From the NCBI GenBank assembly GCA_001627235.1, contig LUPB01000086.1, positions 1 through 59,797 of the forward strand: DNA of 59,797 nucleotides, in the 5' to 3' direction. The position numbers and the translations under genes were made by a program. The notes under the pieces are model-generated. The model was not told the origin of the DNA and made no database searches. It saw only the letters and a list, made by a program, of their open reading frames with translations. This document shows, piece by piece, positions 36,445 to 46,624 of the stretch. Every line of letters starts with the position of its first letter. Positions within the stretch are counted from its first letter, which is position 1. Source of the DNA: Nitrosopelagicus sp. REDSEA-S31_B2. Lineage in GTDB: Archaea > Thermoproteota > Nitrososphaeria > Nitrososphaerales > Nitrosopumilaceae.

Positions 36445-37104
36445 TTAACCCATTAGTATTAGTTCATTTAGAATTGGAAAATTTGCAATATACTTCAAAT
36501 GATTTACAATTTTAGAAATAATCTTACTTGACTTTGAAATTAATGCTCCCATTATGATAAATGGAATTCCCATTCCAATAGAATATGCAAGTAATAGATT
36601 AAACGAAATGGATGGTGCTGTTGCGGCTAGTGTAATTATTGTACCTAAAATCGGACCTACACACGGTGTCCAGCCTGCAGCAAATGCCATTCCAAACAAA
36701 AACGATATTGGAAATCTAGCTCCTACACTTTTTGGAAATATCTTCTTTTCTACATTAAGGACTCGGATTTTATGAGTTAAAATCATGTATATTCCAAAAC
36801 CAATGATGATTATTCCTCCAATTTGGTTAAACTCTGTGATAATTTCATTTGCACTCTCCGAAAATATTGAATTTATTGCCACACCTAATGCAGAAAACAC
36901 TACTGAAAACCCTAATACAAAAAATATGGAATTAAGCAAAACATTTGATTTGTTTATAGAAATCACACTGCCTTTTGTTTTGACTTCTGATAATGTGGTT
37001 CCTGAAATATATGCCAAAAATGCGGGAACCATTGGCAGTATGCATGGTGCAAAAAATGAACCAATTCCTGCTAAAAATGCAATAACTATTGAAACTTCTC
37101 CCAC
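36445..37104 (-). CDS. ccdA: cytochrome c biogenesis / disulfide-reduction protein CcdA (last TM helix appears absent)
   Basis: FFAPCILPMVPAFLAYI; FAAGWTPCVGPILG. Confidence 0.88.
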   Translation of the reverse strand: MGEVSIVIAFLAGIGSFFAPCILPMVPAFLAYISGTTLSEVKTKGSVISINKSNVLLNSIFFVLGFSVVFSALGVAINSIFSESANEIITEFNQIGGIIIIGFGIYMILTHKIRVLNVEKKIFPKSVGARFPISFLFGMAFAAGWTPCVGPILGTIITLAATAPSISFNLLLAYSIGMGIPFIIMGALISKSSKIISKIVNHLKYIANFPILNELILMG

Positions 37105-37176
37105 ATAACTAATTTATCTTAATTTTATAAAATCGTAGCACAGTGAGTTTTTATTCTAGAACCATTAGTTTTTGAT

Positions 37177-37281
37177 ATGAATTCACGATTTTATGTCGTT
37201 ATTGGAGTTCTTGGTGTGATAATTGTTGGTGCATTTATTGCTGGCTCTCCTATGATTGGCGGCTTTGATATGATGCGTTAA
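37177..37281 (+). CDS. 34-aa membrane microprotein (not in ORF track)
   Basis: Hand translation MNSRFYVVIGVLGVIIVGAFIAGSPMIGGFDMMR; stop abuts the bioF stop. Confidence 0.5.
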   Translation: MNSRFYVVIGVLGVIIVGAFIAGSPMIGGFDMMR

Positions 37282-38418
37282 TTATTTCAGATTAAACTTT
37301 TTTTTAGCTTTTTCTAAAATTTGTATTGAATACTCTATTTCATTTTCTGATAACCATCCTGTAACTGAAATTCTAATTCGCGCTTCTTCTCTTTTTACTG
37401 TGGGATATCTAATTGCTTGAGCAAATATTCCATTTTTTCTTAAAAATTTTGAAAATTCAACAGCAGTTTTCTCTTTTCCAATAATTATTGGAATTATCTG
37501 ACTTGTAGATTTTGTTGAAAATTCAATCTCTTCTAATCTTCTATGGAATAAATTAATTTTTTTCCATAATTTTTTCCTGTAAGATTCTCTATCTGATTCT
37601 AATCGTTTAAGTGAATATTGATTGATGGATGCAGGTAATGCCGATGTGTATATGAAAGTCTTTGATGTATTAACACATAAATCAATTAGACTTTTTTTAC
37701 CCGATGCATATCCTCCAAAACTTCCTAGTCCTTTACTAAGACTACTTATGTACAAATCAACTTTTTTTTCAACATTAAAAAAATTTGAAGTGCCCTTTCC
37801 ATCTTGTCCTAGAACAAAATCTCCATGTGCATCATCTAAAATTGTTATAATGTCATGCTTTTCTGCTACTTCGGATATCTGATCTAGTTGAGACCAATCC
37901 CCATCCATACTGAATACTCCTTCTGTGATGATTATTTTTTTGCCGTTTGTACGTTGAACCTTTCTTTCTAAATCTTCAATATCATTATGTTTGAAAATTT
38001 TTATTTTTGCATTAGATAATTTGCATGCCTCCACAATACTTGCATGATTTAATTCGTCACTGAATATTGTACTATTCTTATCTGCAATCGATGAAATTGC
38101 TCCGATGTTTGCCATGTATCCTGTTGGAAAGATTATTGTTTTTTCTTGAGATTTATGTTTTGAGAGTTTCTTTTCTAGAATTGAAAAACTAATGTCATTT
38201 CCCGAAACAAGTCTGGAACTTGATTGAAATTGTGTATGCTTTATCTTCCCAGGTTTTATTCCTAGATAATCATTTGATGAAAAATTTAGAAGTTTTTTTC
38301 CATTCTGAAAAATATACTGTTTCTCAACTCTACTATCTTGAAGATTACGTAATAGATTGTTTTTTTTAATTACGTTAATCTTTTTTTCAACTGTGCCAAA
38401 TTTAGGCTTCAAGATCAA
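37282..38418 (-). CDS. bioF: 8-amino-7-oxononanoate synthase
   Basis: FSSNDYLG; TGYMAN; DELNHAS; EGVFSMDGD; DDAH; SLSKGLG; AIRYPTV; biotin cluster context. Confidence 0.92.
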   Translation of the reverse strand: MILKPKFGTVEKKINVIKKNNLLRNLQDSRVEKQYIFQNGKKLLNFSSNDYLGIKPGKIKHTQFQSSSRLVSGNDISFSILEKKLSKHKSQEKTIIFPTGYMANIGAISSIADKNSTIFSDELNHASIVEACKLSNAKIKIFKHNDIEDLERKVQRTNGKKIIITEGVFSMDGDWSQLDQISEVAEKHDIITILDDAHGDFVLGQDGKGTSNFFNVEKKVDLYISSLSKGLGSFGGYASGKKSLIDLCVNTSKTFIYTSALPASINQYSLKRLESDRESYRKKLWKKINLFHRRLEEIEFSTKSTSQIIPIIIGKEKTAVEFSKFLRKNGIFAQAIRYPTVKREEARIRISVTGWLSENEIEYSIQILEKAKKKFNLK

Positions 38419-39382
38419 TCTCTTTAATCATTTTTACATCTTTTTGCATGGAATTTCCATCTAATGTAAGATATCCTGCACTAATAATTCCATTAGCACC
38501 ACTCAAGAGCAATTCTTTTCCATCATCATTGAGATTAACTTCTCTTCCTCCTGAAATTTTAATAATGCTTTTTGGAAGTAAGAATCTTAAAACTGCAAAT
38601 GTTCTAAGAATCTCTTCTAAACTCAATGGTGTTTGAAGCTCTAATGGCGTTCCTGGAAATGGAACTAGTAAATTTACTGTAACTTCTTCAGGATTCAATT
38701 TAGATATTGCTTGAACTAATTCTTCTCTTTGTGCTCTAGTTTCTCCCATTCCTATAATTCCTCCTGTACACAACTCCAATCCTGCATTTCTTGCTGTATG
38801 AAGTGTATCAATTCTATCTTGGTATGTATGTGTTGTACAGATTTCAGGGAATTTTGATTCTGCTGTTTCTAAATTATGATTATATCTTATGACTCCTAAT
38901 TCTTTTAATTTTGTTGCCTGTTCTATAGTTAGGAATCCTAAACTACATTCTATCGATATTCCAACTTTTTCATTAACTTCCTCAATTATGTGACAAACTT
39001 TTTCAAAATCTTCTTTTGATGGCTCTCTCCATGCTGCTACTAGGCAGTATGAATGTGCTCCTGCTTTTTTTGCATCTGTAGCTTGTCTGACTACTTCTTC
39101 GGCAGACATTAACTGGTATTTGTCAATACCTGTATCAAAAAATGCAGATTGACTACAAAATGTACAATCTTCACTACAATAATTTTTTTTAATATTTGCT
39201 AACTGCTCTACATCTATTTTTGATCCTTGAAATGTACGAGTAATTTCATTTGCAGCATCCGATAATTGACTGAGAATTTTATCATTCACGTTGAATAGTC
39301 TGTTTACCATATCTTCATCAAGATTTTGATTTCTGAGTACTATTTCTTTACAATTTTGGATTAATTTCGTCTCGTTTTCCAT
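38402..39382 (-). CDS. bioB: biotin synthase (radical SAM)
   Basis: CSEDCTFCSQS; YNHNLET; CTGGIIGMGE; SGGRE. Confidence 0.96.
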   Translation of the reverse strand: MENETKLIQNCKEIVLRNQNLDEDMVNRLFNVNDKILSQLSDAANEITRTFQGSKIDVEQLANIKKNYCSEDCTFCSQSAFFDTGIDKYQLMSAEEVVRQATDAKKAGAHSYCLVAAWREPSKEDFEKVCHIIEEVNEKVGISIECSLGFLTIEQATKLKELGVIRYNHNLETAESKFPEICTTHTYQDRIDTLHTARNAGLELCTGGIIGMGETRAQREELVQAISKLNPEEVTVNLLVPFPGTPLELQTPLSLEEILRTFAVLRFLLPKSIIKISGGREVNLNDDGKELLLSGANGIISAGYLTLDGNSMQKDVKMIKEIDLEA

Positions 39383-39412
39383 ATTCCAAAGTAAAAAATT
39401 CGGTAAATAAGC

Positions 39413-39440
39413 GTTAACCTATACTAATTTTATGGTTAAC
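39413..39440. promoter_or_regulatory. BirA-type operator candidate GTTAAC-N16-GTTAAC between divergent bioB and bioA
   Basis: GTTAACC at 39413-39419 and GGTTAAC at 39434-39440 form an inverted repeat resembling the TGTTAAC-N14-16-GTTAACA BirA signal. Confidence 0.6.
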
Positions 39441-39458
39441 CATTATTTAGTCGTAAAA

Positions 39459-40793
39459 ATGATGACAGATATGAAAACAGACAGCTCCGTATGGCATCCT
39501 AATACTCAAATGTCTGAATGGAAAAATTTTCCAGAAATTGTTTCTGCTAAAGGTATGTGGCTTTATGATTCCAAAGGTGGAAAAATGCTTGATGGCGTGG
39601 CTAGCATGTGGTGTAATGTATGGGGACACTCAAAGACTGAATTAGTTTCTGAAATAATTAAACAAACCAAGATCCTCCAACACAGTCCTTTGTTTAATCT
39701 TACCCACCCCTCAGCTGAAAAATTATCAAAAAAACTCATCAAATTAAATCCAAAAATGCACTCAACTTTTTTTTCAGATAATGGTTCAACTGCAATGGAA
39801 ATTGCATTGAAAATTGCATTACAATACTGGCGCAATATTGGAGAAAATAAAAAAACAAACATTGCTACTTTGGAAAATGGTTACCATGGAGATACTTTTG
39901 GTGCCATGTCTGTAGGATATGTTCCAGAATTCTTCTCGAAATTTCGGTCTAAACTATTTTCTACATTACAATTTCCTGTCCCAAAAAGTTTTAGAATTCC
40001 CAAAAAAATGTCGGCCGATGAATACCGACAGCAATGTGTGGCAAAAATTGAAGAAAAACTTGAAAAAGATGATTCTATTGCTGCTTTTGTCATGGAAAGT
40101 GGTGCACAAATGGCAGGGGGTGTTATAATATATCCAAAAAATTATCAAAATCAGATATCCAAAATATGTAAGAAAAACAATGTACTTTTTGTTCTTGATG
40201 AAATAGCAACCGGATTTGGTAGGTTGGGTTCTATGATTGAATATAAAAAACAGAATTCTATCCCTGATATTGTCTCATTTGGTAAAATGCTAACTGGTGG
40301 CTATCAAACTTTTGCAGCAACATTAACTACAAAGAAAATTACAGAATCCTTTCTTGGTGAATTTTCAGACATGAAACATCTATTTCATGGTCACACTTAC
40401 ACTGGAAATCCAACTGCTGCTGCATTATCTCTAAAAAATTTAGAAATGTATGAGAAATTCGATTTAATTAAAAAGATACAAAAAACTTCAAAAATTTTTG
40501 AATCTAGAATTGACGAGATATCTAATCTTGAACTGGTGGGGGACATTCGTCATAAGGGCATGGTTATGGGAATTGAACTTGTACGTGATAAAAAATCCAA
40601 TAAACCTGTCTCTTTTTCACACTCAATCAATAAAGTCGTCTTTGAAGAAGGAAGAAAAAACCAAATTTATTTCCGAACCTTGGGAAATATTATCATGTTA
40701 GTTCCTCCTCTTGCAATATCTCAAAAAGATCTAAATTTCTTAATTGATGGTACGATTAAAACAATCAAATCTCTATCCGGGAAATTAGCATGA
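39459..40793 (+). CDS. bioA: adenosylmethionine-8-amino-7-oxononanoate aminotransferase
   Basis: VWHPNTQM; SMWCNVWGH; YHGDTFGAMS; DEIATGFGR; GKMLTGG; HGHTYTGNP; start is one of the ATGs at 39459-39471 rather than 39432. Confidence 0.94.
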   Translation: MMTDMKTDSSVWHPNTQMSEWKNFPEIVSAKGMWLYDSKGGKMLDGVASMWCNVWGHSKTELVSEIIKQTKILQHSPLFNLTHPSAEKLSKKLIKLNPKMHSTFFSDNGSTAMEIALKIALQYWRNIGENKKTNIATLENGYHGDTFGAMSVGYVPEFFSKFRSKLFSTLQFPVPKSFRIPKKMSADEYRQQCVAKIEEKLEKDDSIAAFVMESGAQMAGGVIIYPKNYQNQISKICKKNNVLFVLDEIATGFGRLGSMIEYKKQNSIPDIVSFGKMLTGGYQTFAATLTTKKITESFLGEFSDMKHLFHGHTYTGNPTAAALSLKNLEMYEKFDLIKKIQKTSKIFESRIDEISNLELVGDIRHKGMVMGIELVRDKKSNKPVSFSHSINKVVFEEGRKNQIYFRTLGNIIMLVPPLAISQKDLNFLIDGTIKTIKSLSGKLA

Positions 40794-41485
40794 ATTCTCT
40801 ATTTGTTACTGGCACTGATACCGATGTTGGAAAAACATGTGTTACTGCGGGAATTGTAAATCATCTTTCAAAAAAAAATATTGACGTAGGCGTAATGAAG
40901 CCCTTTGCTTCAGGTTACAAACCAACTGAAGATTTTATTTCCGAAGATGTTGAAATTCTTACCAAATATTCTGGAGTGCATGATTCTGTAGATTTGATAA
41001 ATCCATATTTTTTTGAAATACCCACTTCCCCTTATGAGGCATGTATGAAATTAAATAGAGAAATAGATATTTCTAAAGTCGTTGATGCATACAATGAACT
41101 TGAATCCAAACATGATCTTGTAATTGTTGAAGGGATAGGTGGTATTATGACTCCTATCACGCAAAATTATTTTGTGTCTGATTTGATTTCTGAATTAAAA
41201 TTAAATTCCATAATTGTCACTGGTTCTAAAATCGGTAGTGTCAATCACCTTATGTTAACATTTGAACACTCTCGACAAAAAAATCTCAATTTTAATGGAT
41301 TTTTAATAAATCAAAATGTTTCTGATGGGTATGAGTTGTCTAGTCTTCGTCAGCAAATTTCTCGATTGACAGGCCAGAAAGTCTTTGGTGCAATTCCTTA
41401 TTCCACACCTTTTAATCTTGATTCATACGTTGAAAATTTTCAAAACTTTGTTGATCTATCACATCTCGGTCTTGAAAATATTTAA
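40790..41485 (+). CDS. bioD: dethiobiotin synthetase
   Basis: FVTGTDTDVGKT; MKP; VEGIGG; GSVNH. Confidence 0.95.
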   Translation: MNSLFVTGTDTDVGKTCVTAGIVNHLSKKNIDVGVMKPFASGYKPTEDFISEDVEILTKYSGVHDSVDLINPYFFEIPTSPYEACMKLNREIDISKVVDAYNELESKHDLVIVEGIGGIMTPITQNYFVSDLISELKLNSIIVTGSKIGSVNHLMLTFEHSRQKNLNFNGFLINQNVSDGYELSSLRQQISRLTGQKVFGAIPYSTPFNLDSYVENFQNFVDLSHLGLENI

Positions 41486-42010
41486 TTTATTCATATTCTT
41501 TGTTTGAATAAAACTTTGTGTATCTCTCAAAAAATTCCCGAATGAGATTTTATCTGTCGTATAAGACCTCTGTGGAATTTCTAACAAACGCTTTGAAATT
41601 ACCCATATGTTATCATCTTTTTCTTGAATTGTTTTAATCTCTGAAATTTTATTTTGGATTTTAATCACATTTGATGTTTTCATGAATAATAAAACTATCA
41701 CATTCTGTGGATTCTTCTTTAATTCTAATGTATTTGGTATAACTAAATCTAATTCAACATTTTCATATGAAATTTTTCGTTGACTGGGTATGAGCATTTC
41801 TGTAAAAAGATAATGTGTGATACTTTCTGCTAACGTTCCAAATTTTTCATCTTCATCTATATCTTCATTAATTTTGTTGATGGCTTTATCAAACACATTC
41901 TCAAATATTACTGAAAATTCTTTTTTTAGTAATAATTCATTAATTTTATCCTGACTAATTCTATCAATTTCTGCATACAATGCATCTTTGATGGGTGAAC
42001 TTTCACTCAT
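41459..42010 (-). CDS. hypothetical protein
   Basis: 183-aa ORF abutting HMG-CoA synthase on the same strand. Confidence 0.65.
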   Translation of the reverse strand: MSESSPIKDALYAEIDRISQDKINELLLKKEFSVIFENVFDKAINKINEDIDEDEKFGTLAESITHYLFTEMLIPSQRKISYENVELDLVIPNTLELKKNPQNVIVLLFMKTSNVIKIQNKISEIKTIQEKDDNIWVISKRLLEIPQRSYTTDKISFGNFLRDTQSFIQTKNMNKLNIFKTEM

Positions 42011-43408
42011 TTATTCAACAAATGCGTATCTTCTTTCTCCTCTTTTGTCTGAGGAGATATTTTCAACATGTTCTAAAACAAATTCTTTTCTTGCATTAAG
42101 TAATGATTGGTTTGGCTCTAATTTGTTTTCATGCAATTCTTCATAATCTTCCAAGCTAAGTTTTTGTCTTTCTCCAATCTCTGTTTCTAAATTCATTTCC
42201 TTTACGATTGGTAAATGTTCTGGTTTTATGACTCCACTGAAGACCATTGCACTACTTCCGCTTCCATACGATGCAAATCCAAAACGCTTTCCTTCCAAAT
42301 TAACTCCTTTCTGGAATTCAAATTCTAAGCAACTTCTAAATCCTAAATATAATGATGCAGTATACAAATTACCAATACTCTTAGATGCTATTAATGAACT
42401 TGCAACCTTATTTTCATAAATATCTTGATAGGTACTTGTTTTTGCAAATCTTTTTGTAAACTCACTGTCTTTTGTCATAAATTCTGAATCTGCAATTATT
42501 GATTCAATAGTTCCTCGAGGATCCTTAGGAACAGGTTCATCCATTCCTACTTCTGCAATAACCTCTTTCCATTTTGGTGTATTTCTTAATTCATGTCTTA
42601 CCAGATATGCTAATGCTTTTTTCCCCATGTTACTATATGGTAAGTGCATATTGAAATAATCAATATGGTCTAACATACTTTCACCTTCTCCCATATCTAT
42701 CAGTCCTGTTTTTAGCGCCTTTCGTTTGTAGTCATTTAATGCATTTTTTACTTGAATCAGGTATAGTAAGTTTGAATATTGTCCATGAACTATCGGGGTC
42801 TCTTTTCCAAATGGTCGATAAAAGTCATATTCGTTTTTGATTGAGGTGGATGTAACTTTAGGATCAAATTCTAAAAGTCTTGGCGAATCATTTAACAACA
42901 TTGCAACTGCTCCTCCACCTTGAGTCATTTCTCCACTAGAGCCTAAATCATATTTTGCAATATCTGATACAACCACCAATGCATATTTGTCTTCTGATTC
43001 TCCTGCCCTAATCCAGTTTGTATTGTCGTATAATGCGTAAGATCCACTGACACATGCAAACTTACACTCTATTCCGCCACAGTGTTGAAATGAACCTGAG
43101 CCATAAACTTGTTCTAACATTCCTATTACGTAAGAGTTCATTGCTTTTGATTCATCAAAAGATGATTCTGTGGCAACGTATAATCTGCCAATTTGTTCTG
43201 GAGATAGTTTGTTTTTCTGCATTATCTTCAAACATGCATTTGCTGCTAAGCATGCAGGGTCTTGGTTGGCATCAACTATTGCCATCTTTGAAACTCCTAA
43301 TCCTTTAACTAATTTCTGTGGGTCTAATCCTCTTGCCTCTGCAAAATCTGCAGCATCCATGAACAATCTGGGAATGTAAATTGCAATATCGTCTATTCCG
43401 GCTGCCAT
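42011..43408 (-). CDS. mvaS: hydroxymethylglutaryl-CoA synthase
   Basis: VATES; KFACVSG; SDIAKY; EMTQGGGAVA; MHLPY; GNLYTASLY; SYGSGS. Confidence 0.92.
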   Translation of the reverse strand: MAAGIDDIAIYIPRLFMDAADFAEARGLDPQKLVKGLGVSKMAIVDANQDPACLAANACLKIMQKNKLSPEQIGRLYVATESSFDESKAMNSYVIGMLEQVYGSGSFQHCGGIECKFACVSGSYALYDNTNWIRAGESEDKYALVVVSDIAKYDLGSSGEMTQGGGAVAMLLNDSPRLLEFDPKVTSTSIKNEYDFYRPFGKETPIVHGQYSNLLYLIQVKNALNDYKRKALKTGLIDMGEGESMLDHIDYFNMHLPYSNMGKKALAYLVRHELRNTPKWKEVIAEVGMDEPVPKDPRGTIESIIADSEFMTKDSEFTKRFAKTSTYQDIYENKVASSLIASKSIGNLYTASLYLGFRSCLEFEFQKGVNLEGKRFGFASYGSGSSAMVFSGVIKPEHLPIVKEMNLETEIGERQKLSLEDYEELHENKLEPNQSLLNARKEFVLEHVENISSDKRGERRYAFVE

Positions 43409-43509
43409 TAGCTTTGCCTCATGATGTTGGTATATAAGACTTCCAGAGTAAATATGATTTACGTAGTGATTAATTTTCTGGCGATCTTGTTAATAAAATC
43501 TAAATTTTT

Positions 43510-44145
43510 CTAGTTTTCAAGCATGGAGTTAAAGATTCTTTCAAAGACTTCGTATGGCTGTGCTCCCTGAATTTGTTGAACCTGACCTGTATTTGCGGAA
43601 ATAACATAAAATGCAGGAGTGCCAGTTATTCCTAATTTTTGTGCATCATTATTACTTGTAGAAATAATTTGTGCATATTTGCCCTCAACATTACATTCTG
43701 TAAACACATCCATATTCAATTCAACTTGCTGTGCAAATTTTACAAGATTTTCATTACTTGCCCAACCACTATTTTCGCCACCCCAATTATCATATAATGT
43801 GTTATGATATTGCCAAAATTTCCCTTGTTCTCCAGCACAATGTGCTGCATGTGCAGCATTAACTGAATCTTGTCCAATTATGGTATAGTCTTTGAAAATT
43901 ACATTTACTTTCCCAGTCATCACAAAATTCTCCAAAATTTCATGTTCTGTGTTATGATAAAAAACATTACAAAAATGACACTGGTAATCCCCAAACTCTA
44001 TTAGTGTAATTGAGGCATCAGGATTTCCTAGTATAGGGGAACCATTTTGCATAAATGTTTCTTCTGAAATTTGCTGTGGTGGTTGAGGATTTTGAGATAT
44101 TTGTTTTTCAATCAATGGTTCAGAAGATTCAGAAAAATCCCCCAT
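43510..44145 (-). CDS. DsbA-family thioredoxin-fold protein
   Basis: EFGDYQCHFC; GITGTPAF; GAQPY. Confidence 0.9.
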   Translation of the reverse strand: MGDFSESSEPLIEKQISQNPQPPQQISEETFMQNGSPILGNPDASITLIEFGDYQCHFCNVFYHNTEHEILENFVMTGKVNVIFKDYTIIGQDSVNAAHAAHCAGEQGKFWQYHNTLYDNWGGENSGWASNENLVKFAQQVELNMDVFTECNVEGKYAQIISTSNNDAQKLGITGTPAFYVISANTGQVQQIQGAQPYEVFERIFNSMLEN

Positions 44146-44180
44146 CCCAAAGAAAACTCCTGCAATACAAACTAATTTTC

Positions 44181-45230
44181 ATGAAGAAAGTGTTTGTCAA
44201 TGGATATGGGTCAATTGGAAGTCGCATAATACAATTCATTAAAGATGATCCTGAAATCGAGGTAGTTGGAGTTGGAAAATATTCTCCAGATTCTAAAGTT
44301 CAAGAAGCTCTTGACCACGGATACAAAGTATACGTTCCAGAAAAAAATCAAAACGCATTCTCTAATTTTAGCATCGCGGGAAATATTGAATCTGCATTAG
44401 ATGAATCTGATTTAGTAATTGACGCATCTCCTGGCGGTATTGGCTTTAAAAATAAAAAATTATTTTATGAACCTCGTAACATCTCGTCAATTTATCAAGG
44501 TGGAGAAACAATAGAAGGCGATAGTGCTGTTTCAGATATGTTATTCAATTCAAGAGTAAATTACGACGATGCTATTGGCAAAAAACACGTTATGCAAGGA
44601 AGTTGTAATGTAACTGGAATGGGTAGGATACTAGAACCTTTACGAAAAAATTTTGGCACATCTTTAAAACGATTTGATGTAACTCTTGTTAGACGATGGG
44701 CCGACATTGAACAAACCGACAAAGATGTAACTGATACAATCGAACTTACTCAAAGTCCACATCATGGAGAAGATGTTAAATCATATTTTGGAAAAGACGC
44801 TCCGCTCTTTGTTCGTGCAATTAAAGTACCTACCAGACAGATGCACTTGCACATAATGGATATTCGATTTAATGACAATGTTCCATCGGTTGATGAATTA
44901 CACGATGTTTTCAAAAATGAATATGGTGTTGCCACTTTATGGACTGCTAAAGGTACAAAAGACATACGTGATTTTGCTGAAAAATTAGATTTTAGTTTTA
45001 AAGATACAAACATGATTCACATTCATGCAAATATGACCCAAAAAATTGATGATACTATTCAGATAATGTATTCTGATGATCAAACTGGAATTGTAATTCC
45101 CGAAAATCACATGTTAATGCAAGCAATGTTATTTGAAAAATCGTATGACGATGCAGCAAAACATACTGAAAAATTATTTAACATGTCCAAGAAAAAAGAA
45201 CTTCTTGAATCTAATTTTGGAAAAAATTAA
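44181..45230 (+). CDS. gap: archaeal type II glyceraldehyde-3-phosphate dehydrogenase
   Basis: MKKVFVNGYGSIG; YQGGE; SCNVTG; VRRWAD; HHGEDV; IVIPEN; ATG 44181 preferred. Confidence 0.9.
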   Translation: MKKVFVNGYGSIGSRIIQFIKDDPEIEVVGVGKYSPDSKVQEALDHGYKVYVPEKNQNAFSNFSIAGNIESALDESDLVIDASPGGIGFKNKKLFYEPRNISSIYQGGETIEGDSAVSDMLFNSRVNYDDAIGKKHVMQGSCNVTGMGRILEPLRKNFGTSLKRFDVTLVRRWADIEQTDKDVTDTIELTQSPHHGEDVKSYFGKDAPLFVRAIKVPTRQMHLHIMDIRFNDNVPSVDELHDVFKNEYGVATLWTAKGTKDIRDFAEKLDFSFKDTNMIHIHANMTQKIDDTIQIMYSDDQTGIVIPENHMLMQAMLFEKSYDDAAKHTEKLFNMSKKKELLESNFGKN

Positions 45231-46475
45231 TTATTTTATTTTCTCTATCCTAATCTTTTCTGGCTTGTTCTTTTCTACTTTCTCTACCATTATTCTTATG
45301 GATTCAATCTCTACTTTGTCTCCTTCTTTTGGTATGTCTCTCAATTTTTCATGTAACAGTCCATTTAGTCTTGAATAATCATCTCCCTCGGGAATGTTTG
45401 TTTTAAAAATCTCATTAATCTTGTCAATTTCAATATCTCCATTAGTCAATATCGCATCATTTCCTTCACTCTGAAATACTTGCTGAACCTTATCTTTTTC
45501 ATCACGTATTTCTCCCACTATCTCTTCTAACAAATCTTCCAACGTGACACATCCTTCTACTCCTCCAAATTCATCCATGACAATTGCCATGTGTGTTTGT
45601 CTTCCTTGCATTTCTTTTAGTAAATCACTAACACGTTTTTCTTGTGAAACAAAAATGGGCTCTCTCATTATACTTTCTAAAGATACTACTTTCTGATCTT
45701 GTTCTAAGGATTTTAAAACATCTCTTACATGCACAATTCCTACTATATTATCTTGATTTTCTGCATAAACTGGAATTCTTGAAAATCCACTGTTGTTAAT
45801 CTCCGGTAATGCTTCGAATAACATTTTTTTTGAATTCAGAGTAAACATTTTGGTACGTGGAGTCATCACGGATCTAATAACAATGTCATCAAAATTTAAT
45901 GCCCCGTGGACCAATTCACTTTCTTGTTTTTCGATTGCTTTGTCTTTGAGACCTTGGTCTATTACTCCTTTGATCTCATCTTCTGTTAGTCCTGGTGGAT
46001 TGTCACTACTTCCTGTTAATTTTATAATTCCTTTCGTTATAGCCTCTAAGATTCTGACAATTGGATAAAATGCATAACTAAATCCTAGTAAGACTCTACT
46101 ATATCTCGCTGCAATTTTTGATGCATTTGCATTACAGTATGTCTTTGGAGTAATTTCTCCAAAAATTAGAATTAAAAATGTCATAATTCCAATTGCAATT
46201 GCTAATCCCTCATTACCAAATAATTTTAGTGCAACATCTGTGGCAATAGCAGTAGCTGCTACGTTTACGAGGTTATTTCCTAGATTGACACTAGCCATCA
46301 TGCGACTAGGATTCTTTTTTAATTTTAGAAGTGATGCAGAACCTTTCACTTTGTCCTTTACCATTTGTTCAATTTTGGACATTCTTGTTCCAACTAAAGC
46401 GACTTCTAAACCGCTAAAGAATCCAGAAAGTCCAATTAAAACTACTAGAATGGGTATCTCGACTTCTAACTGCAT
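45231..46475 (-). CDS. CNNM/HlyC/CorC family membrane protein (DUF21 + CBS pair + CorC)
   Basis: SGFFSGLEVAL; GNNLVN; FGEITPK; FSRIPV; DEFGGVEG; EDLLEEIVGEI. Confidence 0.93.
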   Translation of the reverse strand: MQLEVEIPILVVLIGLSGFFSGLEVALVGTRMSKIEQMVKDKVKGSASLLKLKKNPSRMMASVNLGNNLVNVAATAIATDVALKLFGNEGLAIAIGIMTFLILIFGEITPKTYCNANASKIAARYSRVLLGFSYAFYPIVRILEAITKGIIKLTGSSDNPPGLTEDEIKGVIDQGLKDKAIEKQESELVHGALNFDDIVIRSVMTPRTKMFTLNSKKMLFEALPEINNSGFSRIPVYAENQDNIVGIVHVRDVLKSLEQDQKVVSLESIMREPIFVSQEKRVSDLLKEMQGRQTHMAIVMDEFGGVEGCVTLEDLLEEIVGEIRDEKDKVQQVFQSEGNDAILTNGDIEIDKINEIFKTNIPEGDDYSRLNGLLHEKLRDIPKEGDKVEIESIRIMVEKVEKNKPEKIRIEKIK

Positions 46476-46624
46476 TGCAAAACCTCTAATAATTTTATTT
46501 TATTGGAATAACGCCTGTGCATCATTTATTGTAGTAACCACCACATTTTCAGATTATTATAATTAAGAGGAGGTTTCTTAAAAACCCTTGAGATTAAGTA
46601 AAATTGATTTTTAATTATTTGAGC

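Noticed and set aside
44055-44180. N-terminal extension of GAPDH
   Set aside because: Overlaps the divergent DsbA gene; the Rossmann motif starts at ATG 44181
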